A stretch of DNA of 64,000 bases, from NCBI GenBank assembly GCA_030704615.1, contig CM060733.1, positions 20,832,001 through 20,896,000 of the forward strand, in the 5' to 3' direction. Made by a program: the position numbers and the translations under genes. Source of the DNA: Takakia lepidozioides (Eukaryota; Plantae; Bryophyta). Within the stretch, counting starts at the first letter, position 1. Each line of letters starts with the position of its first letter. Shown piece by piece: positions 25,051 to 38,389 of the stretch. Under the pieces are notes generated by a model. The model had not been told where the DNA came from. It saw nothing but the letters and a program-made list of their open reading frames with translations, and searched no databases.

Positions 25051-27099
25051 CTTCTGCTCAGTAACTCCCCCCCCCCCCCCAAACCTTTTTATTTTTGTTT
25101 TGTTACGTCATCTCTTCCTCTCTTTCCCTCTCTCTCTCTCACTTTTGATGTGACATACAAGTTATGGACAACTCTCGACATCTTTCCCTTGATCCCACAT
25201 GACAAGACAGACCATAGACCATCTCCCCACCCTGACCTACCTCTGCTGCTAGGGTTGGTGCTTCAAGCGAGCTGCTGCGGTGCTGTCGCGGCTGCCAACG
25301 GCGCGGGTCCCCGCCGCTGCAGGGCGTCTCTTCCCCGCTCACCACGGCTCTTTCTCTCTTCAGCTTGTTTACATCATGCCTCTGCACGGCGTTTCTACCA
25401 CACAGGGGAGAGAGAGATCAGCCCGTGCTTAGGGCAAGAAAGCAAGAGAGAAAGTGAGGGAGGAGGCGGTGCTTACCTTGGGCGTTGGAGCGGCGTTGGG
25501 GCAAACTCCTTGGGGCCTTGCGACCACCTCAGGCTCAGCAGCAGGTGCGTTTCTCCTCTATCCTGAACCCCACTCTCTTAACTCCCTATCTCCCAAAGAA
25601 CAAACGAAAACGGGAGGGGAAGGAGGTGCTTCAAGCACTTAGGAAAATACAAGGGCGCGGCGCCTACGTGCGACGCCTGGCCATCGCATGCCTGCGCCCC
25701 GTTTTTTTTTGAAATGTACAAATGGTATTCGCGACGGTGGGCCGTTGCTGCTTGCGACCCCCGGCCCCATAGATAAAAAAAAACATGTCGCCTCCCGCGA
25801 CGGCTTTTCGTCGCGGGGTGCGATCCCCGGTGTAAAAAATTGAAAAAACGTGTTGCCAAATGCGACGCAAGGGTGGGATGCTCCGCCTTTGGTTACCAAT
25901 TTTGAAAGCCCCGAGGCTGAGGCATAGGGTTTTTTCGCCAACGGGTTTTGAGAAATGAAAGTGCTGGTGGTGTGTATTAATTAGGATGCGATGGTGAGGA
26001 AACATCGACCCGTCTCCCTCGAGGATGGGGAGGTAGTACCACATATCGATTATGGCCCTAGAGCGACCGTTGTTTTGTAGCGAGGAGCCACCCATTGCAC
26101 CTGATCCAATACAGGTTGCCGGACACAATCGTAGAAGGGACCGGGGCCAAATTTCAGGTGATGCGGAGGATGTTGACACTCCGGGATCGAGTCGAGCGCG
26201 CCGCGGGTTGCCCCCTCACGGGCCACCCCATCCACCCACGTCCACCTTTGACACCACCCCCCCCGACAGGATTGAGTGTTGGTGCACTAAGTGTTGGGAA
26301 TGGATACCGCTGGGCGACACCAGACCACCGAGGCGACGACCGCATGTTGTCGAAAAACATTACAAGAAAAACAGGATTGCGGATGCGGCAAAGGTGAGTG
26401 TTTTTCCCACCCCTCTCAATAACATTCATTTAAGGGTACATTTAGGTTTATCTAATAATATAGTATGATTGGTAAGCATACATGAATCCAAATTACGACA
26501 TAAGTATTGATGTGTTGTTCACTACGCATATTGCAGCCATGACTTGATGCCCAAGCTCGCAATCACATTGCACAAGAGGCATTTCGCCGGTCTACTTGCA
26601 GAATTTGTGCCAGAGCATGTGTCCGATGTGACTAGTTGGTTCCCCCAGCAGCACGTAGATGAGATGCGTAGGATCGAGGGGTATTGTAGGTGTCGTATGT
26701 GTTATGGCCGGCAACGAGCAGGCCCACCCTCCCCCTCCAGTTTCCTCAGGCGGTCCCCCTGATCCAGTGTCCTCATCTGATGATTCTCCGCACTGTACAT
26801 GCAGTAGCAGCTTGCAGGCCGATTGTGGCCCCCCCCCCCCCATCTGTTTCTTTGCCTGATCCACCTCCGTTAGTACTTGTTCCGAACGTTGTACCCCCGG
26901 CTGCACCTTCGACATTACATCCTCAACCACCTCCACTTTCATCTCCTCCGCCAGCAGTACCACCTCTACCTCCACCTCCACCTCTACGTGCATGTGCCCC
27001 CCGAACCCCTAGGAGGGGTCGGCTTCGCCCTAGGTTTCCTCCCCTTCGCTTGGGCGGCCTGAGCCGGATCCTCACCCCCGGTGGAAAGCGCATAGGACT

Positions 27100-27690
27100 A
27101 TGTTACTGAGGACCGTCCAGCCTCGTTGTTGGGGGAATCATCTCGACCCTCCCACCCCCATCCGAGAGAATGTGGAGTTCGAGTATTGGGGGAGACGGTA
27201 TGTTGTGAGAGCCGCTACAGACCTTGCTATGGGTCGGGGTTTATTCACGGTCAATAATATTGTGGTTCCTCCTCGGAAAAACAACATGGTGGACTTGTTT
27301 CCCTACTACGGTGCATACTACACCTCCGCGGAGTTCCATACATTACGCCTCGAAGCCCCATACATCCTACCCTACATTTTGGGTGTCAACGGACAGGATG
27401 TACGTAGACGGGGGTTGTCTCCTATTGAGATCAGATTTTGTGATGGTGACCCCGATATCTTCGGCAATGTTGCTGGGCTGGTCAACGGTTCTTTTGGTCA
27501 TCCTAGGCGAACCAATGTAGTATGGGACGAGCGAAGCGATGGGCATGAGAGCTTTTGTGGTCATACGTTGGTATACTGTGAGGGGATGCATATGTTTGTG
27601 ATGACATGTGCTAGTAGGACTATAAGGGCTGGCAGAGAGCTATTTGCATCATACGAGTTATCCCCGGATGATTGGGACCTCCGATTATAG
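27100..27690 (+). CDS. SET-domain protein, transposon-associated; possibly the last part of a longer spliced ORF
   Basis: MGRGLFT (motif I), LFPYYG, DGD..GNVAGLVNGS..TNV (motif III-like), ASRTIRAGRELFASY (motif IV). Confidence 0.75.
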   Translation: MLLRTVQPRCWGNHLDPPTPIRENVEFEYWGRRYVVRAATDLAMGRGLFTVNNIVVPPRKNNMVDLFPYYGAYYTSAEFHTLRLEAPYILPYILGVNGQDVRRRGLSPIEIRFCDGDPDIFGNVAGLVNGSFGHPRRTNVVWDERSDGHESFCGHTLVYCEGMHMFVMTCASRTIRAGRELFASYELSPDDWDLRL

Positions 27691-28400
27691 CGTGAGTGGG
27701 ATGTGTATGATAGAAATAGGGTTCCTTTGAGACGGGGATCACGTAGAGGGACATTGTAGATATTCTCATGATGTACTTTGTATACATCCGATTAATCGAT
27801 TGATGTAAATATTTTCTTGTTGCTCATGTGGGTTGCAACTTTGCATATGTGATCTAAACATACTCATGCACATGTGGATCAAATATGAGCTTGAACCAAG
27901 TTGATTCAATGGGTCATTCTAGTGTTGAACGCAGCTACGTGTCGTAGAGACGGAAAATTGCGTTTCGCCTGCACATGATTTTGTTTTAATTCCATTTTCA
28001 TGTCATATGCTTAATGATAGCATATGCGATGTGCGTGCAAAATTTGGAAGTAAACAAAAGTCATTTGGACCCAGAACCATATTTTATTCTCTCATTTGCA
28101 CTCCAAAGTTGAGTTATTTTCAACTTCATGCACACTTCATAAAAAGTTCTGCAAAAGTGACCCTAGATTTTATTATTTTTATTTTTATTTTTCTCATTTT
28201 GTTTTTGTCTGATTCTTTGCATGGATGTAGTGGTGCAAAGCCTAATGTCACAGAACAAAATAGAGCCAAAAATAAAATCATTACGCCCCTCAAAACCACA
28301 ATCATATATTTTCTAAATGCAAATTTTTATTTTAAATTCATTTAAATTCGATTTAATTCAAAATTGGTGCAAGGGTGAGTGCGTCGTTGGGGAGGCAAAT

Positions 28401-28439
<39 letters not shown>

Positions 28440-28979
28440 CTGCTGGATCTTTGTACAGGTGTTGCACATATATTTAAGCACATGTAAGAAAAAGTAAAGC
28501 TTGAGCCACATCCGTTTGATGGGGTGCAATGGCATGAGAGGATTTTCTTTCACATTAATAAACAAAAATTGGGTGATAGGGTGAACGCGTCATTGGGGGG
28601 GCCAAATGATTTTGTTTGGGTTTGAAACTTTGCATGCGTGACGTTGCGCACATACATGTAATTATTGAATGACATATTTGATGCATGCACACATTGAAGG
28701 TTGTTGTTTGCATTTTGCTTATAATAAGTTGTATGGTTGCAATGACACATTATAATATATGTCCCTATGTTCATTTGTTCGTATCAGGACTTTGTCCATC
28801 CCTTCCTGGTCCTTTCTCTTGGCACCCCATCCGAAAACAACCAAAGTACATAAGGTGGGAGCCGTGGGTGAGACGCCGCCCCCATGGTACCGGACGATAA
28901 TGACGATGACAGTGACAACAACAATGAGCATGGAATTAACCAGGAGGATGTGCAAGCCATGAAGGATCTCTTAATGCAT

Positions 28980-31900
28980 CATGTGGGCGTTGATGCATCC
29001 CATGGAGAGGGAACCCGGCCAATCGATGATTCAGAAATGGCCCCCTAAAATGACATGGAGAGAGAGGCGAGAACTCCCTTGTACGAAAGGGCGAAACTTG
29101 AAAGTGAGTCGACTTTCAACAATATTACTTTTGCTCAATCTTCAAATTCGATTTGGCATACGTAATGTTGGGATGTCTGCCATAATGCGAACTATTGCAG
29201 ACTATATCCTTGCTCCACACTTGAAACCCAAGATGCCACGATCGCGGACAAATGCGCGCGAAGTCTTGGACTCTGTGGGGATGGGCTATAAGATTTTTCA
29301 TGCATGTCCATGTGATAAAACCCTATACTACAGAGAGGATTCGCGTCTCACCAAGTGCCCAAAGTGCAAGAAAGACCGATATCGGGATGATGTCAAAGGA
29401 AAAAAAGTACCACGCAAGGTATAAGAGTCATTCCCCCTCGCATGGAAATTACTTTATTTAATCTTCTCAATGCATGTAAAGTGTATTTCACAAAGTTTAG
29501 GGTTTCGATAGTAGTATTCATGCAAGATCTGATTGTGGTTTTGGAAGGAGTGAGTGAGGAGTGGAAGGAGCGACTTTCGGTTTTGACCATTCACGCCCAA
29601 ATGAGGGAGAGGCTGCATAAAGGGAAAGGCATAAGGGTGTTTTATTATGTGTGCTAATGGGATGACTACATGTGGGGGACATAGGGTATTTCATCCTAGA
29701 AACTTTCCGATCATCCCACGATTGAGGGCACAGTACCGAAGCCCCAAATTGGCCAGACTCATGAAATGACACGCCTCGCATCGGAGCCCCCCGGGAAAGG
29801 TGTGCGGGCCACAAGATTCACAAGCATAGAGGTATATTGAAGAGATGTGGTTTTTTCTCTTGGAGGACCCACGACATGTCCACCTCGGCTTCTCCTCGGA
29901 TGGGGTCAACCCATTCTCTGTCCAGTTATGTAATCATTCCACTTGGCCGGTGACCATGGTGAATTACAACATCCATCCGTATCTTTCAATTAAAAAATGC
30001 CATATCATATTGGCTGCCATTATGCCAGATGAGTGTTCTCATTTCATGTTTATTATTGCCTTGGACTTTACATTAAACTTCTGATCTCTGACGCAATTCG
30101 GATGCAAGATTGATGAATGACATAATCATGGAGTAAGACGTGTAATTCATTTTGTAGTATAGTTTGCATATTGGTGGAGCATTGAAACAATGATGTGAAT
30201 GTCTCATAGGGAAAAAACAAGTGGCAAACATGGACACGTACTTGCGACCTCTTGTTGATGAACTTAAGGAGCTGTGAAGGGGGGTTCTGGCATTGGATGC
30301 TTCACTTGACCCTATGGCCGGACAATCTTTTCAGATGAGAGACATCTTGCTTTGGACAATGCATGATTATCCAGGTATATTATGTTCCCCATGAACAACC
30401 CGCGTACATTTCACTTGTCAATGCCAAATAATATCGATGAGGATTGGGATTGATTGAAGTAGCGACAATAGTCTTGTGCACCGTAGTGGGGTAGATGGCA
30501 TTATGGGCCATGCACATGACAACTTTTTGTCTTTGCTAATGTGGTGGGGATGTGTAGTACATGACTAACTGTTTACTCAGGGCTAAGCACCCAAGGGTAC
30601 CATACATGCTTGCATTGTGGCGATGATCTTGATACACATATTCCCGCCATCTTCACAAGATGGTGTATCCCAACTACCGCAAGTTTCTTCCTATGATCCA
30701 TCGATGGAGAAGAAGAGAGAAACACTTGTTTGATGGCAAAGAGGAAGTACCCCCCCCCCTCTATGACACCATCCGGGCAGTTTTGGGAGGACCGATGGAA
30801 GGAGGCCCATGCGGGCACGGATGGTGAAGTGGACGGAGACTCCCAAGACTCCCCACGACTCTCACCACAAGGTTTCCGCCCCATGGTGAGTCATATGTCA
30901 CCCCCACTAAGACTCACTAAGCTACCACCACCCTTCGTGGAACCACCCCCACCGCAACCCGGTGTGCGGGGCTCCACCTAGCATGAGCGCCTCTGCCTCC
31001 TTGAGTGCCTTGGGCACTCAAGGGTGCTTTAGCCCCCGTACCTATTGTTGCCACTGCCCCCACCACAGGGGCAGCCCCTCTCATGTCCCGACCCCCTGCC
31101 CTCAAGGCAAAGGGCCGCGACATGCCCGACATGAAGCAACTTTCGATCTTCTACGAGTTGCCATATTGGGCGGTACATATTCCACAAAAACATCGTCAAT
31201 ATCCCTATGCATGCATGTAATATTGCACATTTGGTATGCGTTGCATTGTCACTTTCACGTCAAAAAAATTGTGTAAGTATTTGTGGGTGGGGATATATGT
31301 AGGACCTGAAGATTCGCCATCTTCTAGATCCCATGTATATTGAGAAGAATGTCTGCTCGTCTTTTTTTTCTGGTTCTTTATGGCACGCCGACAAATAAGG
31401 AAGTGGCTGCAAAAAGAGATTCTCTCGGTATTAGAAAGGAGCTTGAGGAGGAGGGTCGCATGCGCCATCTATGGACCGAACAAAATGGTGTGGACCCATA
31501 GGGTGTTGTATGGTGGAAGTATAGGCGCACACCTTGACAATGAACAAAGGAGGAATGCAAGAAAGTGATAGCCACCATAAGTACTGTCCGAACACCAACT
31601 GGTTATGGGTCATCCCTTATACGAAGTTCAGCGAAGAAGACGGGGTCCATGGTTTGAAGTCTCATGACTACCACAATCTATTGCAAGACATCTTGCCCAT
31701 TGCAGTACGTGAGACATTGACTCCCGAGGTTCGTGAGACAATCTATAGATTGAGAGGCTTGTTCCGGTGGATTTGCTCCAAAGAGTTGGAGGAAGCGGAT
31801 TTTCCACGCATGAAGAAGGAGGCGGTGGAAATAATGTGTATGTTGGAGATGCACATTCATCTCTCCTTCTTTGACGTCGAAGTGCATTTGGTAGTGCACT

Positions 31901-32106
31901 TAGTGGAAGAGGCTTCGATTTCCGGCCCCGTTCATTCTCAGTGGATGTACTTCCTTGAGCGTTATATGAAGACTTTGAAAGGATTTGTAAGACAAATGAC
32001 GCACCCGGAGGGTAGCATGGCGGAGACGTTGCAAGAAGCTATGTTCTATTGCACGGAGTACATGGCAAGGGTGGATGAGGAAGCCCCTCGGATGTGGAAG
32101 GAATAG
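28980..32106 (+). pseudogene. CACTA transposase (Tnp2/Transposase_21 plus DUF4218), intron-containing, with stops and frameshifts
   Basis: HACPCDKTLY..CPKC, SSDGVNPF..STWPV..NYN, MDTYLRPLVDELKEL, LLWTMHDYP, FYELPYW, DPMYIEKNV, GLKSHDYH, GPVHSQWMYFLERYMKTLKGFVR..PEGSMAE. Confidence 0.93.
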
Positions 32107-34047
32107 AAGGATGCACGAACCAAAGACATCGTTTTGCCCAAAAAATCGAAGAGGGTAAAATTGCTGACCGAGCAAGCGCATGACTTTATACTGAAGAACA
32201 CCCCATCCATACATGAGTAGGAGGCAAGATACAATAACCTTGTACAGTAACGAGAGGATGAGACGCTTGCATGGAGGCGGAACCATCCAAGGCCGGTTAC
32301 TAGACGCCCACGACGAAGAGCGGGCCGTTGGAATGTTCCTTCATAAAATTTGCCCATGGAATTGCAGCCTCTAAGTTCATTCCAACAGTGGCTTCGGACT
32401 TCAGTTTATGACACCGTTGCTCAAGGAGAGGTGGTTTCAGATTTGGTGCAAGCCCCAACTAGACGACAGCACTGTGATTCTTCTTCACAACATTTGCTAT
32501 AGTGTTGCAACTTTCAACGGCACTGTATTGGCAAAAAGGTTTCTCCCATGGGTTGTTATGGTTCATATCAAACAAGCTCTTTTGCCCTTCACAACTTCAG
32601 CATGATCTTTGTGTAAAACTTTTCCCACAAATGCTTTGCTATGGTAGGTTTGACGAGGCAAGAAAGCTATGAGAATCAAATGTTAAAAGAACGAGAGATA
32701 TATTTGCCGGCAAGCCTTGGCATGGATTCAAAGCTAGGGAGATGCCCACATGCTTTAGTGTTTTTTGAGACATCCTGTAGCATTCTCATATTGCATGAAA
32801 GACACCTAATACCTGGGGAGCCTGACTTGAAGGTGGAGCTGGCAAGGTTGCTTGAGCAGATGGAGTTTGGAAGCTATGCTGGGGGCTGCACATCGCCCCA
32901 ACTATCCAGGTTCAGGAGCTCTACCTGCAACTGTGCTTGTGACAAATTTCAAGGCCTAGTATTCACTTAGTCCCTGCCATTTCCATCACTAGTCAGCCAT
33001 CAACAGGGCGAACACTAGTGCAAATCAATGAGCCAGAGTTGCATGGCAATGATCCACACGTACAGTTTACTTATTTATTCATTGCTGATTCATACACTGG
33101 CCCCTCTTCTATCCTCAATGCCCTTCTATCCTCAATACAAAAGCCATGGCTAATACCTAAATATCTTAATATGTTAACAGGAAATAAGTCACGGTACCTT
33201 GAATAAATCCTAGCACTTTGTAAAACTCTAAATAGGAAAATCCCAATTATGTTCGAGCACATAGTACTGCAGTGCGTTGTTTGGATTCTTTGGTAGAAAT
33301 AGTCCAATTTCTGCACATTTCTCGAAAACTCTCTGAATGGCACAGTGATCACTTCCATCCTCGTCTTTTGATGTGCCACTCCATCTGGGACCATAACATA
33401 GTGAGTTCTTCACAATGTCGATCAAACCTGCCCTAAATGATTTCAAATCCATGTCTGGGTGCAGATTCAGTTTGAGCATACTACCCATGCACTGTCTCTA
33501 AAGCTTATTCAATCCTGAAAAACACAAACAAACACAACAGTTGAATTAGTGGCATGTCATTGTTTAAAAGTAAAATTGAAGTAATGGGGCTACAGTCGGA
33601 ATGCCGGAAATGGCAACGGCGGTGGAGGGTCAGGCTGCGGGTCTGGCATCGCAAGTCTGTGTGTCGCAGCGCGCTTGAAACGAGAGTCAGGATGGTCGCA
33701 GGGAGAGCATGAATCTGCGGAGTCAGTCAGGCATTGTTTTGCAGAGGAACATCATTTCCTCTCACCCACACTATACTTGTGGAGGTGTGGCAGGTCTTAA
33801 GTGTTGAGCGTTAAGTGCGTGAAAGAAGAATGCAGGTCGTGGAAGACTGAGTGAAAAGTCTCCCTCGAAATCGGACAGCAGAACTGCGCGAGTAGAGATC
33901 AGGAAGGAGAGAGAGAGAGAGTTGTGGTAGAGGGATCACTGCATTGTGAGAAGCGCTTTTGAAGGAGGGTTTTCTTTAGAGACCGTTGGTCGTGGTCTGT
34001 GAAAGGGGGAGAGTCTGCGGGTACACAGACCGAGGCCACGAACCTAA

Positions 34048-35820
34048 ATGGAGGTGCAATTACAGCCAAGAGAGCGAGACGGTTGGATTCCTTTTTTGAG
34101 AGCGGAAATTATAAGGGAGATGAGATTGGGAGGCTGTTACAGGGTCGGACCCTTCATTGCGCTTCTTCTATTTGTCGCCCCATTGTTGCTGCATGTAACT
34201 AGCGCTCATGATGATGGTCGAACTGTCCACAAGTCGGCAAAGATGGTCTCCACCAGGACTATTTTGGCATTCGAATATTACAAGGAAACATGCCCCGAGG
34301 TGGAAACGATCGTGCTCAAGACTGTAGAAAAATGGACGAAGATAGATCCCACCACGCCAGGGCCGCTGCTACGGCTGTTCTTCCATGACTGCTTTGTCCA
34401 AGGATGTGATGGGTCAGTGCTGGTGAACTCGACCAACGAAAACCAGGCCGAGAAGGATGCTGATATCAACTTCAGCATTGGAAACTTTTTCGTCATTGAT
34501 GAGATTAAAGAGAAGCTGGAGAAGAAGTGCCCCGGGATAGTCTCATGTGCGGATGTCCTGGCTCTCGTCGCTGTATACTCCATCAAACAGGTACGCACGC
34601 TAGAATGGCTTGTAAGGGCCAAGACCAACTCATGTTCTTCGTGGTTTTGGCCACGGCGAGTGGTTTTTCCAATATTATTTACAAGAAATAATGTGTCTCC
34701 ATTTCACAAGAAGACGCGTCTGTCCCACAGCTCGCTTGGGTCTTTCTCACAGTTGTTTCCAGTCTGGGCACTGGTCTGCGGTCATATGGCAAACTTATGT
34801 AGCAGCTATGCACTGGGTTCCTTCTTACCATGTTTCGAGTTTTGCGAGCCAAAGCGATGCAAGCAGTTGGGTTCACCTTGCACACCCAACCTAGTTTTGT
34901 CTTACACCCAGACTGACAAGTTTAGACTCACTGTTATTCTTTTCAGGCGGGCGGGCCACTGTATCCCATAGAGCTCGGACGCAAGGACGGGCTTACATCG
35001 TATGCTCCGAGCGCGCAAACGTTTTTGCCTGCCTTCAGCCTCGGCGTTTCGGGCCTCTTACAAGACTTCGAAAATGTGGGACTAGACTCCAACGATCTTG
35101 TTGTTCTTTCAGGTGGGTCATCCTAATCTTTACCCTGAACGGTTCAAATGACCTTTTCGACAGAGTATATGTCTCTGCATTAAGGGGTACTGTGGTGCAA
35201 GTTTTCATCGGGTCAACGCCACCCATCGGCTTGTGATGGTTTTCCTGTCTCTCCTCGGCCCCATGTTTGGACAGACTAGCCACAAACAGAGGATGAAGAA
35301 GGGGTATGAGTCCTATTAGGAATACTAATGGAAGATGTTGTCATCCTCATCAGGCGCTCACACCATCGGTCAGGGACATTGCAAAAGCATCAAGAACCGC
35401 ATATATCCCCATGTCGACCTACATTATGCAAAGTATTATGGCAGAGAGCTGCTGGCCAACTGCACCGACTATGGCGTCCTCAAGGCCTCCAACTTCGACA
35501 CCGCCACGCAGTTCTTCCAGGACCCAGTGACCCCTTACACATTTGACAACCAGTACTACAAAAATCTGGAGGACGGATTGGGATTGTTGACATCAGATAT
35601 TAGTTTGTTTCAAGATCCGCGCACAGTCTTGCTGGTGAAATATTATGCCAGAAATCAGGATGCATTCTTCGAGCAGTTTGGAAGTTCTTTGAGGAAGATG
35701 GGCAAGATCGGGGTGCTGACAGGCTCTCAAGGCCAGATTCGCAGGCAGTGTTGGGTCCGAAATTCCCAAAATGCCAATCCTGCATTTGACCCTGTTTCTG
35801 TACAATCCATTGACCATTAA
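34048..35820 (+). CDS. Class III secretory heme peroxidase; exons 34048-34590, 34947-35112, 35354-35820 (391 aa)
   Basis: RLFFHDCFVQGCDGS distal motif, CPGIVSCADVLA, ELGRKDG, LSG|AHTIG proximal His, TPYTFDNQYY, GQIRRQC; GT-AG introns, 166-nt middle exon, frame intact; start codon uncertain. Confidence 0.95.
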
Positions 35821-36689
35821 AGTGTGGCTGAAGTTTCCATGCAGGGATAGTGCCCATTCTTCTCTTGTATACGAGGTTTGAAGCTGCATTGACAATCTTG
35901 GTTCAGTTTAGCGAGACGAATTTGTGCACTAGTGAAGAGATTATGTATAGTGATTTTCAGTGATTTCCAAATGCATAGAGTGGATCCCGCCAATGGACAT
36001 AGAAACCTCCCAATCTGGGCAGTGTGAAGCTAGTCAAATCCACACGAGCTTGGCTACTTTCCGAGCGCTTGAATGTCAAAGTTCCCGTTTTGTATTATAC
36101 CCTGTACCCTCTATATGTGTTCTGGCTCGGGAGTACCACAGATAGTATGCAATGAATGCTACCACGATAACATGTGTAGTAGAAAGAAAAAACGTGTAAC
36201 ACAGGCCCCCCCCTTTTTTTTTAAAAATTAAAGAAAGGGAAACACCTGGGAGCGACAGCTCACAAATCAGGCCCCTTAATATCAGGCCCCTTAATAGCGA
36301 GAGGAGAAAATAACCTCTTTCACATGCCCGCGCATTTTCGTCAGCCATGTCTTAATGACTCTGGCTCCCTGGTCCCCATCCGTGAGGCTCCACACGCTTG
36401 GCCACACATGTGGGGCCGCCGACTCCGCGGTTTGGTTTAGTTCGCCAAAACTGGATCGCCACTCTCCTAAACACTCATGGGCCTGCCTTTCCCTTTCCCT
36501 GCCCCTATTTCCCCCAAAAATATGTATGTCCCCAGAAAATTATATTTATCATATTTTAAGAAAAAATAAATAAAAACAGAGACACCATAGAGCGGCCAAA
36601 TCAAGCCCCTTAATTGTAGTGAGAGGAGAAAATAATCTCTTTCATAGGAACAAGGCTCAGTATCAGATTGCATATAATCCAAATAAATA

Positions 36690-37290
36690 GTTTTACCTTA
36701 CATAAGGTTGTTTTTATCAATGAATCTCGTTTGACCGGTACCTGCCGAAAGGCTGTTCCTAGTTTTAAAATTCCTCAATGTTATTATACCTTCCGGAAGG
36801 TTGTGCTTGTCAATTTTTCAACTGAGTAGAATCTAAGCAAATATTTTTACCTTACAGAAGGTTGTTTCTACCATACTTGTCGGAAGGTTGTTCATGTCAA
36901 TTTTAAAATTGCTCAATCCAAACATATTGATGTACCTTCGGAAGATTGTTGTGCGTCATTTTTTAACTTGCATAAAATCCAGACAAATATGTTTAATACC
37001 TTACGGAAGGTTATTTCTACCATTAGGTCATGGGCAACGGATATCTGCCGGAAGGTTGTTCAAGTCAATTTTAAAATTGTTCATTCCAAACATATTGGTA
37101 TACCCTCTTGAAGATTGTTTGTGTGTCATTTTTTAACTTTCATAAATTCCAAATAAATATGTTTAATACCGTACGGAAGGTTGTTCCTACCATTAGGTCA
37201 TGAATGATGAATACCTTGCAGAAGGTTGCTCACGTCAAGTTTAAAATTGCTTAATCCAAATAATGTTAGAGTACCCTCCAGAAGGTTGTG
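36690..37290. repeat. Degenerate array of ACCTT(C/A)CGGAAGGT palindromes, about 12 copies
   Basis: Perfect ACCTTCCGGAAGGT at 36788-36801, with variants at ~36696, 36849, 36933, 36998, 37168, 37213 and 37274. Confidence 0.75.
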
Positions 37291-37671
37291 CCTATCATTG
37301 CCCAAATTGCATAATGGGGAAATAAGGGCACAAGCCGTGCAAGGTCCGGGCAGGGAAAGGCAAAGGCGAAAGGGCAATGGCGGGCGAGTTTTGGCGAGCT
37401 AGATGAGGTCATGGAGGGGAGCCTCTGCCTTGGGAGGTGTGCGGATGGGACCGGAGAGCGCGTCATTACGACGTGGCTATCGAAAATTCGCGGGCCACAC
37501 AGTAACCCCACCATCCTTATGGCTCTCTGTAAGGTTATTTTTTCCTTACTCTTTTTTAATAAAACTTCCAGGGCCACTGTCCTGTTCTAAGAAAAAACAA
37601 AAAAACAAAAAACAAAAAACCTCGCCATGAGGCGTAGGAATGGGACACCACCCAGGAACATACCACACCCG

Positions 37672-37743
37672 TCAGTAGCAAGATTTGACCCCATAATCAT
37701 TTGGGTGGCACTCAGTGCACTTAACCAACTAAGCTACTGACTA
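37672..37743 (-). other. tRNA-derived SINE head or tRNA pseudogene
   Basis: GTCAGTAGC..GCTACTGAC closing stem, A-box-like TAGCTTAGTTGG, degenerate B-box GGTCAAATC. Confidence 0.45.
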
Positions 37744-38389
37744 TTGGTGGCCATTGAAAGTTATTACTAGGGCTTCGCGTTGCTCCGCACTACTAGCGAC
37801 GAATTCTGAGAACTACGTTCAATTTTTCATAAAAAGGGGTGGGTCATCCCCATGGTGTTACATACATACACCCCATATTTCATTGTTTTCGGAAGAAGAA
37901 CGGCGGAGTGTTGCCGAAGCTATCTTATTAATTTTATTAACCTCTTTGATAAAGATAAAGGTAAGTTCCACCTCCCCAATTTCATGCAAAGGATCCCCTG
38001 CAAACTTTTGCCATATGGGGATGAGAGTTGACTCCCAAATCATATTGGTGCCCAAGAATCTGAATATGCAAGGCATTCTGGCAGCAAAAATCTAGAATCT
38101 ATAGGTCCATCTTGGTCAAAGCTTTTGTTTTGGGTAACTTAGAGGCCATGTGGAAAAACCACATTTTGATTTGTTTTATAATCTACGGATGACAAACCAC
38201 CACCTAAATTTGACATGACAGGTTTTTTGGTAATCCCCCACTCTCTTCTCGACATGCACAATTACTGTACACCAAATTCAGCACTTGGCCAGCCTCCATG
38301 AAAGTTCAGCTGTTACAAGTCCCTAGCACTAGATTTAGGTCGAGTATCTATTGAAATAAATAACAACAGACAAATGGATATGTAGTCAC

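Larger units (their letters stand above)
25660..32470 (+). mobile_element. Degenerate autonomous-type CACTA/EnSpm element; termini not found
   Basis: GCGACG/CGTCGC subterminal-like repeats at 25670-25870, a CxCxxC..H ORF at 26052-26392, a SET ORF and a Tnp2 transposase. Confidence 0.7.

Noticed and set aside
32470-33530. Minus-strand HECT-like gene fragment (LKFVT...VRLPRY)
   Set aside because: Several stops and no catalytic Cys motif; cannot be assigned by eye
37672-37743. Functional tRNA gene
   Set aside because: Anticodon and T arms pair poorly and the B-box is degenerate; kept only as a possible SINE head
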